A stretch of 64,000 nt of DNA, taken from a virus. Its lineage: Duplodnaviria > Caudoviricetes. The stretch's first letter is position 1; each line of letters starts with the position of its first letter. This document shows positions 12,663 to 24,256 of the stretch, in pieces. The position numbers and the translations under genes were made by a program. Location: positions 54,403 through 118,402 of IMG/VR virus record IMGVR_UViG_3300028797_000006; one strand, 5' to 3'. Below the pieces are notes generated by a model that searched no databases, was not told where the DNA came from, and saw only the letters and a program-made list of their open reading frames with translations.

Positions 12663-12971
12663 ATGGAGCATTTATCAATTATTCAAGGCGATACGTTAGA
12701 CGCCGTTGTAACAATCGAAAAACCGGCGGAACTTGTCATTGATAAGGTTCGCTTTGTTTGTGCTTCACTCAATCTCGATTGCGATTTGGAAGTCGCAGAT
12801 ACAGATGAAGAAGAGACAGAAATTGGTTATGCATTTATGTTAGCTCCTGAAGAAACACAAGCCTTAGGCGTTGGAAATTGAAATTTCGACATTATTGCGG
12901 AACTTGATAGCGGAGAGATTTACACAGTAATACAAGGCGTGTTTGAAGTAAAATATAGAAGAAATGCTTAA
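12663..12971 (+). CDS. putative virion/baseplate-associated protein (TGA=Trp)
   Basis: IIQGDT start; read-through stop overlaps the next start. Confidence 0.65.
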
Positions 12972-13458
12972 AAGTAGAAATAATCTTAAGGCTACAATAA
13001 GTGCGCAAAAGCTTAATGCAAGCCTTAAGCAACAAAATTTATCCGCTAGTTTCGGCAAGGGTGGATACACTCTTAAAGACCACTCTAAATTACAAAATCT
13101 TGATTATTTAAATAGTGGACATGAAGGTTTCGCTGGTATTCAATTCGGAACTACTGCGGAATGAAATGCCGAAAGAGATTATCGTCCTGTTAAGGGGATG
13201 CTTGTAGTTTATACAGATTATAGCTCAAAAGTTGATCCCGATACAGGCAAAATAATTTATATCCCAAACTTCAAGATAGGGGATGGTAATGCTTATCTCA
13301 TTGATAAACCATTTGTCGGAGATGACATTAGAGATATTCTTGAAGAACATATAGAAGATACCGGATTACATATTCAACCCGGTGAACGCGAATTCTGGAA
13401 CAATAAGCTAAATTATAATGAACCAGAAGGCGATTTATTAGAATTTACTAGAGATTAA
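12964..13458 (+). CDS. tail-fibre-type protein, Mtd N-terminal-like (TGA=Trp)
   Basis: GTTAE(W)N...FKIGDG pattern; two ORFs joined across TGA. Confidence 0.65.
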
Positions 13459-13475
13459 CTAGTAGGAGAGAATTT

Positions 13476-15104
13476 ATGGCAGCAGGAGCAACAAGTTTAT
13501 ATTATAATTTAGCGAAGTTAGGTAGAGTTCAATTACCTGGTGGTACTTCGTATGCTTTAATTGATTATAACGGTCGTGAATTAATTGCTGAAGTATTTAG
13601 CGCCAATGCAAGTTATGAAGAAGGACAATATATTCTTTATAGTAGTGATGGTTTCGGTAGTGAATTATTTCAATTCACTCAAGCCCATCCAGCAGGTGCA
13701 TGGAATTCAGCACATGTTCGTGGGCCAATTAATGTTGGCGGCGAATTAAATCGTTTAGAAGGTTTAATTGCTGGTGGTATCCATTATCGTGGTAAGACAA
13801 GTACCGCACTTTATGATGGTGCTACAACAAATCCAATTACAATTAATAGCGTAAGTTATACCGCAGAACAAGGTGATATGGTCATTGTTGACCGTTCAGC
13901 CGTTAAAGTTGATTATGCAACAGGTACAGCATATGCAATTCATACTTATATTTTAAATGGTGGTATTTATTATATTACTAATGCCGCAATTACTTCAACT
14001 GAAAATACATCTATTGATGCAATTAGAGATAAATTAGATGTCGTTAAAACTGATCCAGAGTTCTTATTTGATGGAACTATTTGGAATGTATTAGGTTCAG
14101 TTGCAGAAGGTTTAGGTGATTTAGCATTTAAAGATTCTGCAAGTGGTTCATATACCGCACCAACTGGTTCAGGTAGCGTATCAGTCAATGATTATTCTAC
14201 AACCAAGAAAAAATTAAGTACAACAACAGTTACTACAGTTGGAGGCACAGTTGGTGTTTCCAAAATGACTGCAGGAACAGCAGTTGATATTGCTAAAGCA
14301 GGTACAGCAGTTGTATATGGTACAGCTGATGTCGGAGATGAAGTTACTTATGGTACAGCCAACAAAGCTTCATCTGCAACTACTGTTGGTAATGCCGATG
14401 TTGGCTCTCCAGTAGTTTATGGAACTGCAGATGTCGCATCAGCTGTTACAGTCGCCGTTGCTGGAACACAAGTTGTTTATGGTATGGCAGACGTTGGTAG
14501 TGAAGTTACTTATGGTACTGCAAATCCTGGAACAGCAGTTACAGGAGTTGCTAAAGTAGGTAGCTCAAAAACATTTGCTACAGGTGGCATTACAGCCTCT
14601 GTTACAGATGACTGCTTAGCATTTGCGGCCGCAGGAACAAGTACTGTTATTGGTATCGCAGATACAACAGGTGTCTCAATCACACCAGCAGTTCAATCTA
14701 CAACCAAACTTACTCCTGCAACAGCAGCAGATACAAATAGAAAACTTACTCCTGTTGGTAGTACAACAAGTATTACACCAGCAAAAGCTGCAGATTCAAC
14801 AAGAACACTTACACCAGCAGTTCAATCTTCAACTTCAATTTATGGAGCAGTTGATTCAACAAGTAAATTAACTCCTGCAAAAGCTGCAGATTCAACAAGA
14901 ACAATTGTTCCAGCGGTATCAAATGGTTCAATTACACCTTGGTCAGAAACAGCACATACAGTTGCTGTCGCAGCGTCAAGTACAACAACACTTGCAACAG
15001 GTGGTCTCGAATCAGGTGATCAAATCGTTGTTGAAGTTACAGGCACTGCATCAACAAAGACAGTCACAGTCGGTACAACAACATCAACAGTTGTCGTTGA
15101 TTAA
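13476..15104 (+). CDS. Thr/Ala/Gly-rich repeat tail fibre or virion protein
   Basis: 542 aa; repeats VVYGTADVG and LTPAKAADST; LGDLAFKDS motif; terminator at ~15118-15143. Confidence 0.7.
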   Translation: MAAGATSLYYNLAKLGRVQLPGGTSYALIDYNGRELIAEVFSANASYEEGQYILYSSDGFGSELFQFTQAHPAGAWNSAHVRGPINVGGELNRLEGLIAGGIHYRGKTSTALYDGATTNPITINSVSYTAEQGDMVIVDRSAVKVDYATGTAYAIHTYILNGGIYYITNAAITSTENTSIDAIRDKLDVVKTDPEFLFDGTIWNVLGSVAEGLGDLAFKDSASGSYTAPTGSGSVSVNDYSTTKKKLSTTTVTTVGGTVGVSKMTAGTAVDIAKAGTAVVYGTADVGDEVTYGTANKASSATTVGNADVGSPVVYGTADVASAVTVAVAGTQVVYGMADVGSEVTYGTANPGTAVTGVAKVGSSKTFATGGITASVTDDCLAFAAAGTSTVIGIADTTGVSITPAVQSTTKLTPATAADTNRKLTPVGSTTSITPAKAADSTRTLTPAVQSSTSIYGAVDSTSKLTPAKAADSTRTIVPAVSNGSITPWSETAHTVAVAASSTTTLATGGLESGDQIVVEVTGTASTKTVTVGTTTSTVVVD

Positions 15105-15221
15105 TAAATACTTATTAAAGCTATCCTTCGGGATGGCTTTTTAATTGGAATGAAATTTGTAAAGTTCGGCTAATAAAGATATAATTTTAATGAAGAGAAA
15201 ATCTTATTTGATGGAGGGTGT

Positions 15222-15866
15222 ATGGCTAAACCAACTAATTCAATCGCGAATATCAAGATGCCGGGCGAAAATACTCAACGCCCTATTGTTCCATATGCAA
15301 TCGCGGTTGGAGGCAGTAATGTTTATCAAGCTACATTGCCGACACTTAGTGGAGACACTCAATTAGTAACTACTAGTGAAAATCATACAATTGATGGTTT
15401 AATAACTTTTACTAATGATAATTCTTTTACTGGTGAAAATACTTTTTCTGGCTGTAATCATTTTACTCAAGAAACTGAATTTACTCATGAAGAATATTGT
15501 CCTGATTGGATAGATATTGGCAGTGGTATTGGAAAATCATCTCTCTTTACAAGAGGTGCCTTCATGCAAGCAATTATTGGTCAGATTTTAACCGCCAATG
15601 ATGAGTATTATGATGAAGATACTGGTTACAATATCGAAGAAGGCAAATTAAAAATCGAACGTATTACTGATACTGAAGATGGACAACCTGTTTACACGAC
15701 AATTGCGGAATTTAGTGAAGATGGACTTGATTTAAAAGGAGGAGACTTGATTTTAAGTTCAAGTGGTAAGTTATCTAATGGAACCTATACTTTTGCACTT
15801 CCAACAGTAACTGCAAATAAAACATTAGGTCTTCAAATAGACATCGATGACTTAACGGAGTTATAA
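15222..15866 (+). CDS. putative tail fibre-associated protein
   Basis: 214 aa; NSFTGENTFSG; structural cluster. Confidence 0.6.
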   Translation: MAKPTNSIANIKMPGENTQRPIVPYAIAVGGSNVYQATLPTLSGDTQLVTTSENHTIDGLITFTNDNSFTGENTFSGCNHFTQETEFTHEEYCPDWIDIGSGIGKSSLFTRGAFMQAIIGQILTANDEYYDEDTGYNIEEGKLKIERITDTEDGQPVYTTIAEFSEDGLDLKGGDLILSSSGKLSNGTYTFALPTVTANKTLGLQIDIDDLTEL

Positions 15867-15868
15867 TT

Positions 15869-16423
15869 ATGAAGTACAAGGTAATGGTAGGAGATCAATG
15901 CTACAGAATCGCAATGAGTGATGGCTCTGATTATAAACCTGAAGAAGATAAAGATATTATAACCTTCTCTGTTGAAGATGGTATTCTATCTTATTCATTA
16001 AGTAATTTAAGTGCAAGAACTAAATATCTTCTTGATAATCATATACTTGGTTTAGGAGTATTTGTAGAAGAAAATCCTAGATGATTTAATAGAAAATGAA
16101 GAAGTAATTTTGCAAAGACAGAACATGAATGTAATCATTGTATAAAAGTCTTTAGAATTAATTCGATGAACGATCAATTCGATTTAACTAATGTAGGTTG
16201 ATATGCATGATCTGGTTGTTGAAGCAAGTCGTTGTATTACGTATTTAATTATTCAAGAACCTATCAAGACCCATATGTAGAAACGGGTATCGAAAAAATA
16301 GCTCTTGGACTAGGTAGAATGTATGATATTGATGAGTATAATTGAGTTGTATCAGCATTTAGACCGCATAAAGTTAGTCATTATGTAGAAACTGAAGTGC
16401 AGAATAAAGAACCAGAAGAATAA
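15869..16423 (+). CDS. hypothetical protein (several TGA=Trp)
   Basis: Frame continues through TGAs to TAA at 16421. Confidence 0.6.
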
Positions 16424-16517
16424 AATAAAATAAATAAATAGTTGGTGGGTCGTAGTGTACGAGCCTGGGTGGGGATGGGGTCAATATTTTTATATTCAAT
16501 TAAATGGAGGCCGGTAT

Positions 16518-17015
16518 ATGGTTGATTTACAAAGAGTAGTTAAATTAACTCAAGCACAGTATAATACGTTAAAAGCAGGTGGAACTGTAGGCAGTTATAC
16601 CGGTTTAAGCGCGAATTATATTTATTTTATTCAAGATAAGAATCAATATATTATAGATATTTCTAATGGCATTACTGCGGCTCATAAAGAGGCAGTTGAA
16701 GCCAATCCTGCAACATTAATTCAATATGGAGAATATGTATATGTACCAAATTATAGAGATGAAAGCATACCATCATATTACTCTTGCTTTGCGGTTGATG
16801 AATATAATGCATATTGATTTAATATTGATTGAGAAGAGTTAGATATAACTGATTCAAGTAATTATACTATTGCTACAACAAGTGATATTCCAACCGTAAA
16901 TAATGCGACCTTAACAATCACACAAAACAGTACATCAATAGGTACTTTTACTGCTAATGCGGCAAGTAACGTTACTGTTAATGTTGTAACACCACAAGTA
17001 AAAAGATATATTTAA
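16518..17015 (+). CDS. putative tail fibre protein (TGA=Trp)
   Basis: VVKLTQAQYNTL..YFI and IPTVNNATLTITQN..GTFTAN fibre-type motifs. Confidence 0.65.
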
Positions 17016-17042
17016 TATCTTATTTTTAGAAAAGGATTTTTT

Positions 17043-18695
17043 ATGAGAATAAGATATGGCAAGTCAATTAAAGTAAAAAGTTTATTGGGGAAACAAGATT
17101 CTCTTTCTTTTAATGATTATTACTCTGATCCAAGCTCTTATAGAACAGTTGGTAATGGCGAATATATTTTCAGCAACGGTCTTGGTTTAACCCTACATGG
17201 TAGTTACTTTACAAACATTACTTTAGATTCAACTCATCAATATCTATTTATTAGACTCGATACGTTTCAAGTAACACAATCTTCTGAATATTCTTGTAAT
17301 ATAGATGGTTCATTAACTTCACACACAGGTGCATATAGACCTGAAAATAGTCATTATACATTAGTTAAATTTACTGATACAACAGAATTTATAGGTTGGG
17401 AATGTTATAGATGAGGTGGTGATGCTTGGAATAATACGATGTATCCGCTTGCATTTTCATTAATAGATTTAACAGCAATAGGTCTAGACACATTAACAGC
17501 AGAACAATTTTATAATAAATACAATAGATATCTTCCTTTACTTGCTACAGGAGAAGAAATAACTATAGACAATAAAACTGGACAAATAGCATATGAAAAT
17601 TTAAATGATGATGTTATTAGATGTAAAGCTGCCGGCGGTTCATCAGATATTTATTACGGCTATAATCAATATACTCAGTTGTGGTCAGATGGTTCATATG
17701 GTGGAGTCACTATTACAGCAACGAATAATGGAAGAGGTATTTTATTACAAAATACCGCAACTAGTTGGTTTACATATGATAATTTATTTAACACTACAAT
17801 ACTATCTGGTCATAAAGTTTTAGTTAGAAGTACAGTCGTTAATAATACAGGTGCAAATTTTGGTTATAGATTAAGATATAATAATGGAACGATAGCATAT
17901 AGTGGGAATAATTTTAATCAAATCATAACTTTATCTGGGGATATAAATAAACTCCAATTATATGCTGATTTAAACGATGATTGTACAGGTATAACCTTAG
18001 ATGATTGTAATATAATAGATTTAACAGCTTGATTTGGATCTGGAAAAGAGCCAACTACAATAGCTGAATTTGAGGAAAAATTTATAAAAAATTACTATGG
18101 TTATTGTCCTACGTCTATTAAATTAACACACTATCAAATAGAAGCACTACCTAATTATGGATATAATCAAGTATTTAAAATAGGTAGTAGTAATGAATGT
18201 AATAGAGCTTATGATTCCGAAAAAGATGAATTTACTTTAACTGCCAACTCATCCACAACACATAATTATTTCGGCTTAACTTGTTATGGTGACAACTATA
18301 ATTTAGACTCAATTAAAGGACATAAAGCACTATGTATTGCAAAAATAACTGAGATTTCAACCGCAGATGCTTTTAGTAACATCCAATTTAGATGATCTTT
18401 ATCAAATATTACTGATAGACAAGATATAGCTCAACCAGGAATTGTTTGAGGCATAGGCACATGAGGCACGGCAAATCAAACTTTTATTAATATAATTAAA
18501 AATAGTGGCACTTTTACTCAAGGTGATTATTTTAAGGTGACAAATGTTCAAATTATAGACTTAACAGATTGATATGGCACTGGAAATGAACCAACAACTT
18601 ATGAACAATTTAAAGCTACCTTCCCAAATCGATACTATCCTTATTCAAAAAAACGACTATTGAATAAGTATATAATAAATAAACTAATCAACTAA
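17043..18695 (+). CDS. putative receptor-binding/tail protein with repeated IIDLT..FG.GKEPT module (TGA=Trp)
   Basis: IDLT motif three times; one frame across TGAs. Confidence 0.65.
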
Positions 18696-18746
18696 TAAAA
18701 TTGACTGGAATACAGTTTAAAAATATACTATTGAAGGAAGAGTATT

Positions 18747-19694
18747 ATGGCGAATTTAAAAGACCTTATTTATTTAAGTAATGAAGACTATGAAACATTA
18801 GTCACTACAGGCACCGTTACTATTGATGGTGAAACTTTAACATATAATGAAAATAATCTTTATGTTGTTCCTGATAAGCTTGCTTCTACTACTGAAGATG
18901 GCTTAATGTCTGCAGCAGATAAAACTAAATTAGATAATCTTCCAAAACCGATGGTTTATAAAGGTACCTTAGGTACTGGTGGAACTATTACTGATCTACC
19001 TGCTGCATCTTCTTCAAATGAAGGCTATACATATAAAGTTATTACTGCGGGTACTTATGCTTCAACTGCAGCAAAAGTTGGTGATGTTTTTATCTCCAAT
19101 GGCAGTGAATGGACATTAATTCCAGCTGGCGATGATGTTGAAGATACTTGAAGAAATATCAAAGTCGATAATACAGAAAAATTAGGATCAGGGATAAGTA
19201 CTGGTGCTTTAAATTTTATTTCTCAAAACGCTAATGCAGGAGATGTTTCCTTTACATATGATGGCGGAATTAAAGCATCCGCGAAAATGCCCTCAATTCC
19301 TTCAAAAGATAGCGATCTAACTAATGACAGATATGTCAGATATGATATTAATTCGCAAGGATTAACTGATGTTCAAAAATCTAATGCTAGAACTAACATT
19401 GGCGCATTACCAGACTCAACGACTTATTTAGCAAGCGCAGTTGCCAGTGGACATACATTAACAATTACTCCTTCTACTGGTTCTGATATTACTTTTACTG
19501 ACACAACCTATTCTGAAGCTACAACAAGTGCTACGGGATTAATGAGCGCAAGTGATAAAACCAAATTGGATGGAATTGCTACTGGCGCGCAAGTTAATGT
19601 CATAGAGACAGTCAAAGTTAATGGTACAGCTTTAACAGTTACTTCTAAGGCTGTTGATGTTATTGTTCCGCAAATTATTGATTATAGGAGTTAA
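18747..19694 (+). CDS. tail fibre protein (TGA=Trp)
   Basis: GLMSAADKTKLD twice, NARTNIG, GAQVNVIETVKVNGTAL. Confidence 0.75.
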
Positions 19695-19696
19695 TT

Positions 19697-20860
19697 ATGT
19701 CTACTTTTAAAATAGCTTGCGGATATCATAACGAACTTGAAGATAATACTTATACCTATAGTAATACTCCGCTTCCAGGAGCCTGAATAACTATTTCAAC
19801 AGGTCTTAATAGATATAGACATAGTTTATCAATAACGAATGATACAATTAAACATATTTGAGGTTTAGATGATAGAACAATAACTAGTTTTTCTATTTTA
19901 AAAGGAGGAAGTACTAGCGTTATAGGAAGTTGTATTTTTTCTGAAGTTTCGACTAATAAAGCTATTATTTTTACATATCTAGATACGGAATCAACTGTGC
20001 CTCTACTTACATCAGTTTCAGCAACTATAGATTATAAAGATTATACTAAAAAAGTTGCCGATATTTATAATAATGTTGTTCTTGGTCAAGCTACTACTGC
20101 ATCTAAAGAAATAACTATAGGCCCATATTATGATACTTATACTGGAACCGCAACTTGTATTGTTTATATTCCCGTGCCCCTCAGAAATCCTACACACACG
20201 GAGTTTCTGTTCAGTTCTATAAATTTAAACAATAGACTTGCTAGAAATATTGTAGTAGACAGCGTTACAATTGATACATTACCAGAATGGAACGCTTATG
20301 ATAAAACTTGTACAATAACTCATCAATATGTTCCTGATGCAACACAGGCAGTTTTTAAATTTTCGACACCTCCACAAACAACAATTGAAACGCCATTTAT
20401 CTGTAATGTCTCAGTCAATTATCATTATGATAAAGTATTACCAGACATATTTAATATATTAAGTGATTCTCCTAAACAAGGTCCTAGTTATGATGCTGGT
20501 GGGACTATTGTATTAGAAAATGGTACTAATTTTACAATAAGCGGTAAATTAAGTGAACAAGGATATTTAACAATGTATTTTACATTTAGTGATGGTTTAG
20601 ATACTTATTCTTTCTGGGATATATATAATGGTTCTCAATTTATAACAACACAAGAATCAGGATTTGGGACGATTTTTGATTATGATTATGATTATAATAG
20701 TGTTCATGAGATTAGAATATATAATCAAGAAGGTTCTTATGACCAAGGTGGCTTGCCTAATTATGATGAATCTTATATTAAAAGTATAGGATTAAAATTA
20801 ATATTAAAATTAGTATTAAAAAATGGTTATTGGTATTATTATGATTTCACAGGAGATTAA
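19697..20860 (+). CDS. putative virion protein (TGA=Trp)
   Basis: ATG at 19697 with RBS is in frame with 19997..20860. Confidence 0.6.
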
Positions 20861-21407
20861 AGATTTAGCAAAAAGAATATACGATGCTTGTCAACCGTAT
20901 TGTATTTCTATTTACTATGGTGGTAGTAGAGTTAATAAATATATAAAAAATCCAGGAGATTATGACTTCATATTGTTTGGAAGAACACCTGAAGATATGT
21001 GTCATATAAGAAGAGTTTTATTTAGATATCTAAATAAAAATTCAGATATACATTATATAAATGATTTCTCTCAAGTAAGAAATAAAGAAATAGAAGAACA
21101 TTCTTATGGTTCATATATCAATAATATGATGATAAAACTTGTAGGAGAAGATATAGAATTCAAATTTGATATTATTGATAAAAATAGAGAAGAATACAAA
21201 CAAATTCTTAAAGAAACTATTGTAAAATTAAATGAAGGTAAAATTAAAAATCAAAAGAGATGGTATCAAATTTATCAAGGATTATGTATAATGAATAATA
21301 ATTCTTATGAATTAACAGAAAAACAAATTAAAAATATAAATATACTTCATGACAAAAAAGAAGGTAGCAAAGAGATTATAGAGGAGATAAAGCTATGGCA
21401 AATTTAG
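20841..21407 (+). CDS. Pol-beta-type nucleotidyltransferase domain protein
   Basis: IYYGGSR..PGDYDF signature. Confidence 0.6.
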   Translation: MISQEIKDLAKRIYDACQPYCISIYYGGSRVNKYIKNPGDYDFILFGRTPEDMCHIRRVLFRYLNKNSDIHYINDFSQVRNKEIEEHSYGSYINNMMIKLVGEDIEFKFDIIDKNREEYKQILKETIVKLNEGKIKNQKRWYQIYQGLCIMNNNSYELTEKQIKNINILHDKKEGSKEIIEEIKLWQI

Positions 21408-21844
21408 GGAATGTAATTAAAATATCACAAGCAGATTTTGATTTAATTTTTAATGCCTATCCAAATTCAGAAGAAATTTCTACAGGGGACACTGTCACCT
21501 ATGATCCAAATAGTATTTATTTAGTTGAAGAAGAAGAGCCATCTTGGGTTAGTCAAAATTTAAGTAGTCAAAATTATTTAAATCTAGGTGATTGAAATCT
21601 AGTTCAAAGAAAAACAATTCAATTCACTTTTGATACAAATAATACAGGTAACGTATATTGTGGTCAAATGACACTATATCCAGCTTGGAAAGATTTTTAT
21701 TATGCATATATAGATTCAGATCCATATCGTCTTATAAGACTATCATTTTCAAACCAAGAAGCACATGCTCAAGTTATGAATTACAACTCAGGCACTTGGA
21801 CTGTTAATACTGCTGGTACACTATACGCAAGAATAGTAGATTAA
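21395..21844 (+). CDS. putative tail-associated protein (TGA=Trp)
   Basis: N-terminus resembles those of the 16518 and 18747 proteins (ISQADF..YDPNSIYLV). Confidence 0.6.
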
Positions 21845-21903
21845 GATATAAAAATAATAATATAAACAAATTAAAAAGAGCTCAATTGAGCTCTTTTTTA
21901 GTA

Positions 21904-22017
21904 TCTAAGCCGGGAGTCATAGTTCATTAGACTGAGACTCACACCCCAGCATTTCAACTAGAGGTGAATCATATCTTGCGATATGACGCCCGGTTCCGCA
22001 TCGAGCACCGGCTTAGA
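21904..22017. ncRNA. putative multi-stem structured RNA
   Basis: Closing stem TCTAAGCCGG/CCGGCTTAGA enclosing three hairpins. Confidence 0.45.
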
Positions 22018-22022
22018 CGATA

Positions 22023-23711
22023 TTAATCATTTATAATGTAAGTTACTTCAATTGTTTTGAAACGAGTATTCCCGCTACCGCTTGAAGCAGTAATTGTTAC
22101 ACTTGTAGGTGGATCTGTTTCGGTATTAAACCAAACACTTGTAGCATTAGCGCCCTTCCAATCAAGAGTATCTACATCAGAAGAGAATGTTTTTTGTGCA
22201 GCGCTAACAACATAATTAATAGTTTTTATATAACCATCAATACCATCTGCTATATGAATAGTCATAGTGTTGTTGCCATATATACGGAGTTCTCCACCAT
22301 TTTTAAAGTATTTTGGTTGAGAAGATCCGCCACCTTTTCCGCATAGCATTTGAACGTTGCCATCACCAATATCTACTTCAATACCATCTAATACGGTATC
22401 TGCGTCATATATTGTAGAGAATGTAATTGATTCAGTATATTCAGTTCCACCGCCACCGCCACCAGTAATGGTAATTTCTTTTTCATCATAAGTACCGTCC
22501 TCACAAGTAGCACGGATTAATAACGTACCAGCACTGACACCAGTAATATCGCAGTAGAAGTGACCATCTTCTTCATAAGAATCCAATTCAACTTCACCGT
22601 CACCATCAATAATTTCTCAAGTCATTTCTTCTGGTAGAACAATACATTTAGCTTCTCAAGTAACAGTTTCATCCGCAGCAACACCACCAATACCAATAAT
22701 TTTAACTCTATGAATTGGTGCATCTTCAAGGTGAGTATATAAGACACCATATCTTATACCAACCTGATTGCTTGCATTGTCGAATCTAAAGCGAACCTTT
22801 TGCGCATAAACATCTTCAGGCAATCATCCTCTTAATCAGAAATCGCTAGATACTAGACCACTGTCTTCCCAGGTAACGCCGCCGTCTTCAGAATAATCTA
22901 AATGGACAGTTTGTTGTTTTCCGCCCCATTGATCAAAGCTAATTGAGATACCATCAATATAACGTCTCAATTCATCTGTTTCGATGATAAATGGACCTTG
23001 TTTCGTAACAGGTTCATTATTAATCGGTTGTTCTGGACCTTGATGCGAAGCAGTTAAATAAGCAACCGCATAACCGAAGTCAATTTCATGTTCAACATAA
23101 CCACTTGTCCATTCATCGAAATCTTCAATTTCTCTGAAGTTCATAATAGCTGAATTTTCATCAGGTTCATAATGAATATTTACATTATAAGTATAACTGT
23201 CGCCGATATCATAATAACTATCATAGTAAGTAACAGTTACACCTGTTGTTTGCCCTTCGGTTTGTTCACCAATATCTACACTAGAAGGTTCGACATATTT
23301 ACTTAAACTTTCTTTTGAATAAGAGGCATAGCAATCACCATCAAATTCAATTTCATCGCCATAGATATAATCTTTAGTCATATCTTTACAGGTGACTTCT
23401 ATTTCCATCGGCTTAACAGTGATATTATAAGAAGCTTCTAATCCCTTAAAATATGTATAAACAGGATAGCTTCCCGCCACTTCGATGTCCACATCAGACA
23501 AATCTACTTCTGCAAATTCGCTTACATCTGCACTACCAATTGTCTCGGCACGTGCTGGATCATAATTATCTTTAATCCAAATAGTTCCATCACCTCTATC
23601 AGTAGCTACAGTAGACATCCATTCATATGGATCAATTTCTGTTGTATTAACTTTAATCTTGCCTTTAATTTCGGCAGAGCTTTCCACTTTAATATTGTTT
23701 TCTAATGGCAT
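22023..23711 (-). CDS. acidic Ig-like (Big-type) multidomain surface/virion protein (TGA=Trp, ~562 aa)
   Basis: TKDYIYGD..VTVTY and GVSAGT..IRAT..DGT Ig-type modules; one frame across TGAs. Confidence 0.65.
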
Positions 23712-24064
23712 GCCTCTACCTCCGCTTTCTTTTTGGCGAAGATTGTAACGATAGTTCCTTCATGATCGATGAATTTCGCGCAATAAATATATTTGCCTAT
23801 TGGGAACTTACTACTAATCTCTTCTGTAAAATCAAGATTAACGGAGTTACCTTCAATATTTGAGAAACGGAATTCATGAACAAGTTCTTTACCAATAGAT
23901 GTATAGAACTCGAATACAATTTCATCATTTTCATCGAAAATTAATGGTTCATCGTCTTTTGTTAACGAAATACCTCACTCAATGGTGAAGGTATTATTAA
24001 CGTATCATTTCAAAGTCTCACCTTCGAATCGCGGACTTTGTTTAGCAGGTTTAATTTCTATCAT
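23702..24064 (-). CDS. hypothetical protein (TGA=Trp)
   Basis: GGAGG RBS, MIEIKP start, two in-frame TGA; absent from the code-11 ORF track. Confidence 0.7.
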
Positions 24065-24256
24065 AAACGCATACCTCCATTAATCATAATTAGTATAAGA
24101 TTAGACAAGAGATAAGTCAAAATTTATAGTATGAGCGACGGGATTACTAAAGAGAAGCGCGGTTTTTGAAGGGTAATGAGCTTCTCAATCAATTTTATTA
24201 TATAGTTGAAATTGCATCTTTCTATAAAAATCAATATAATACTTTAGGAGATTATT

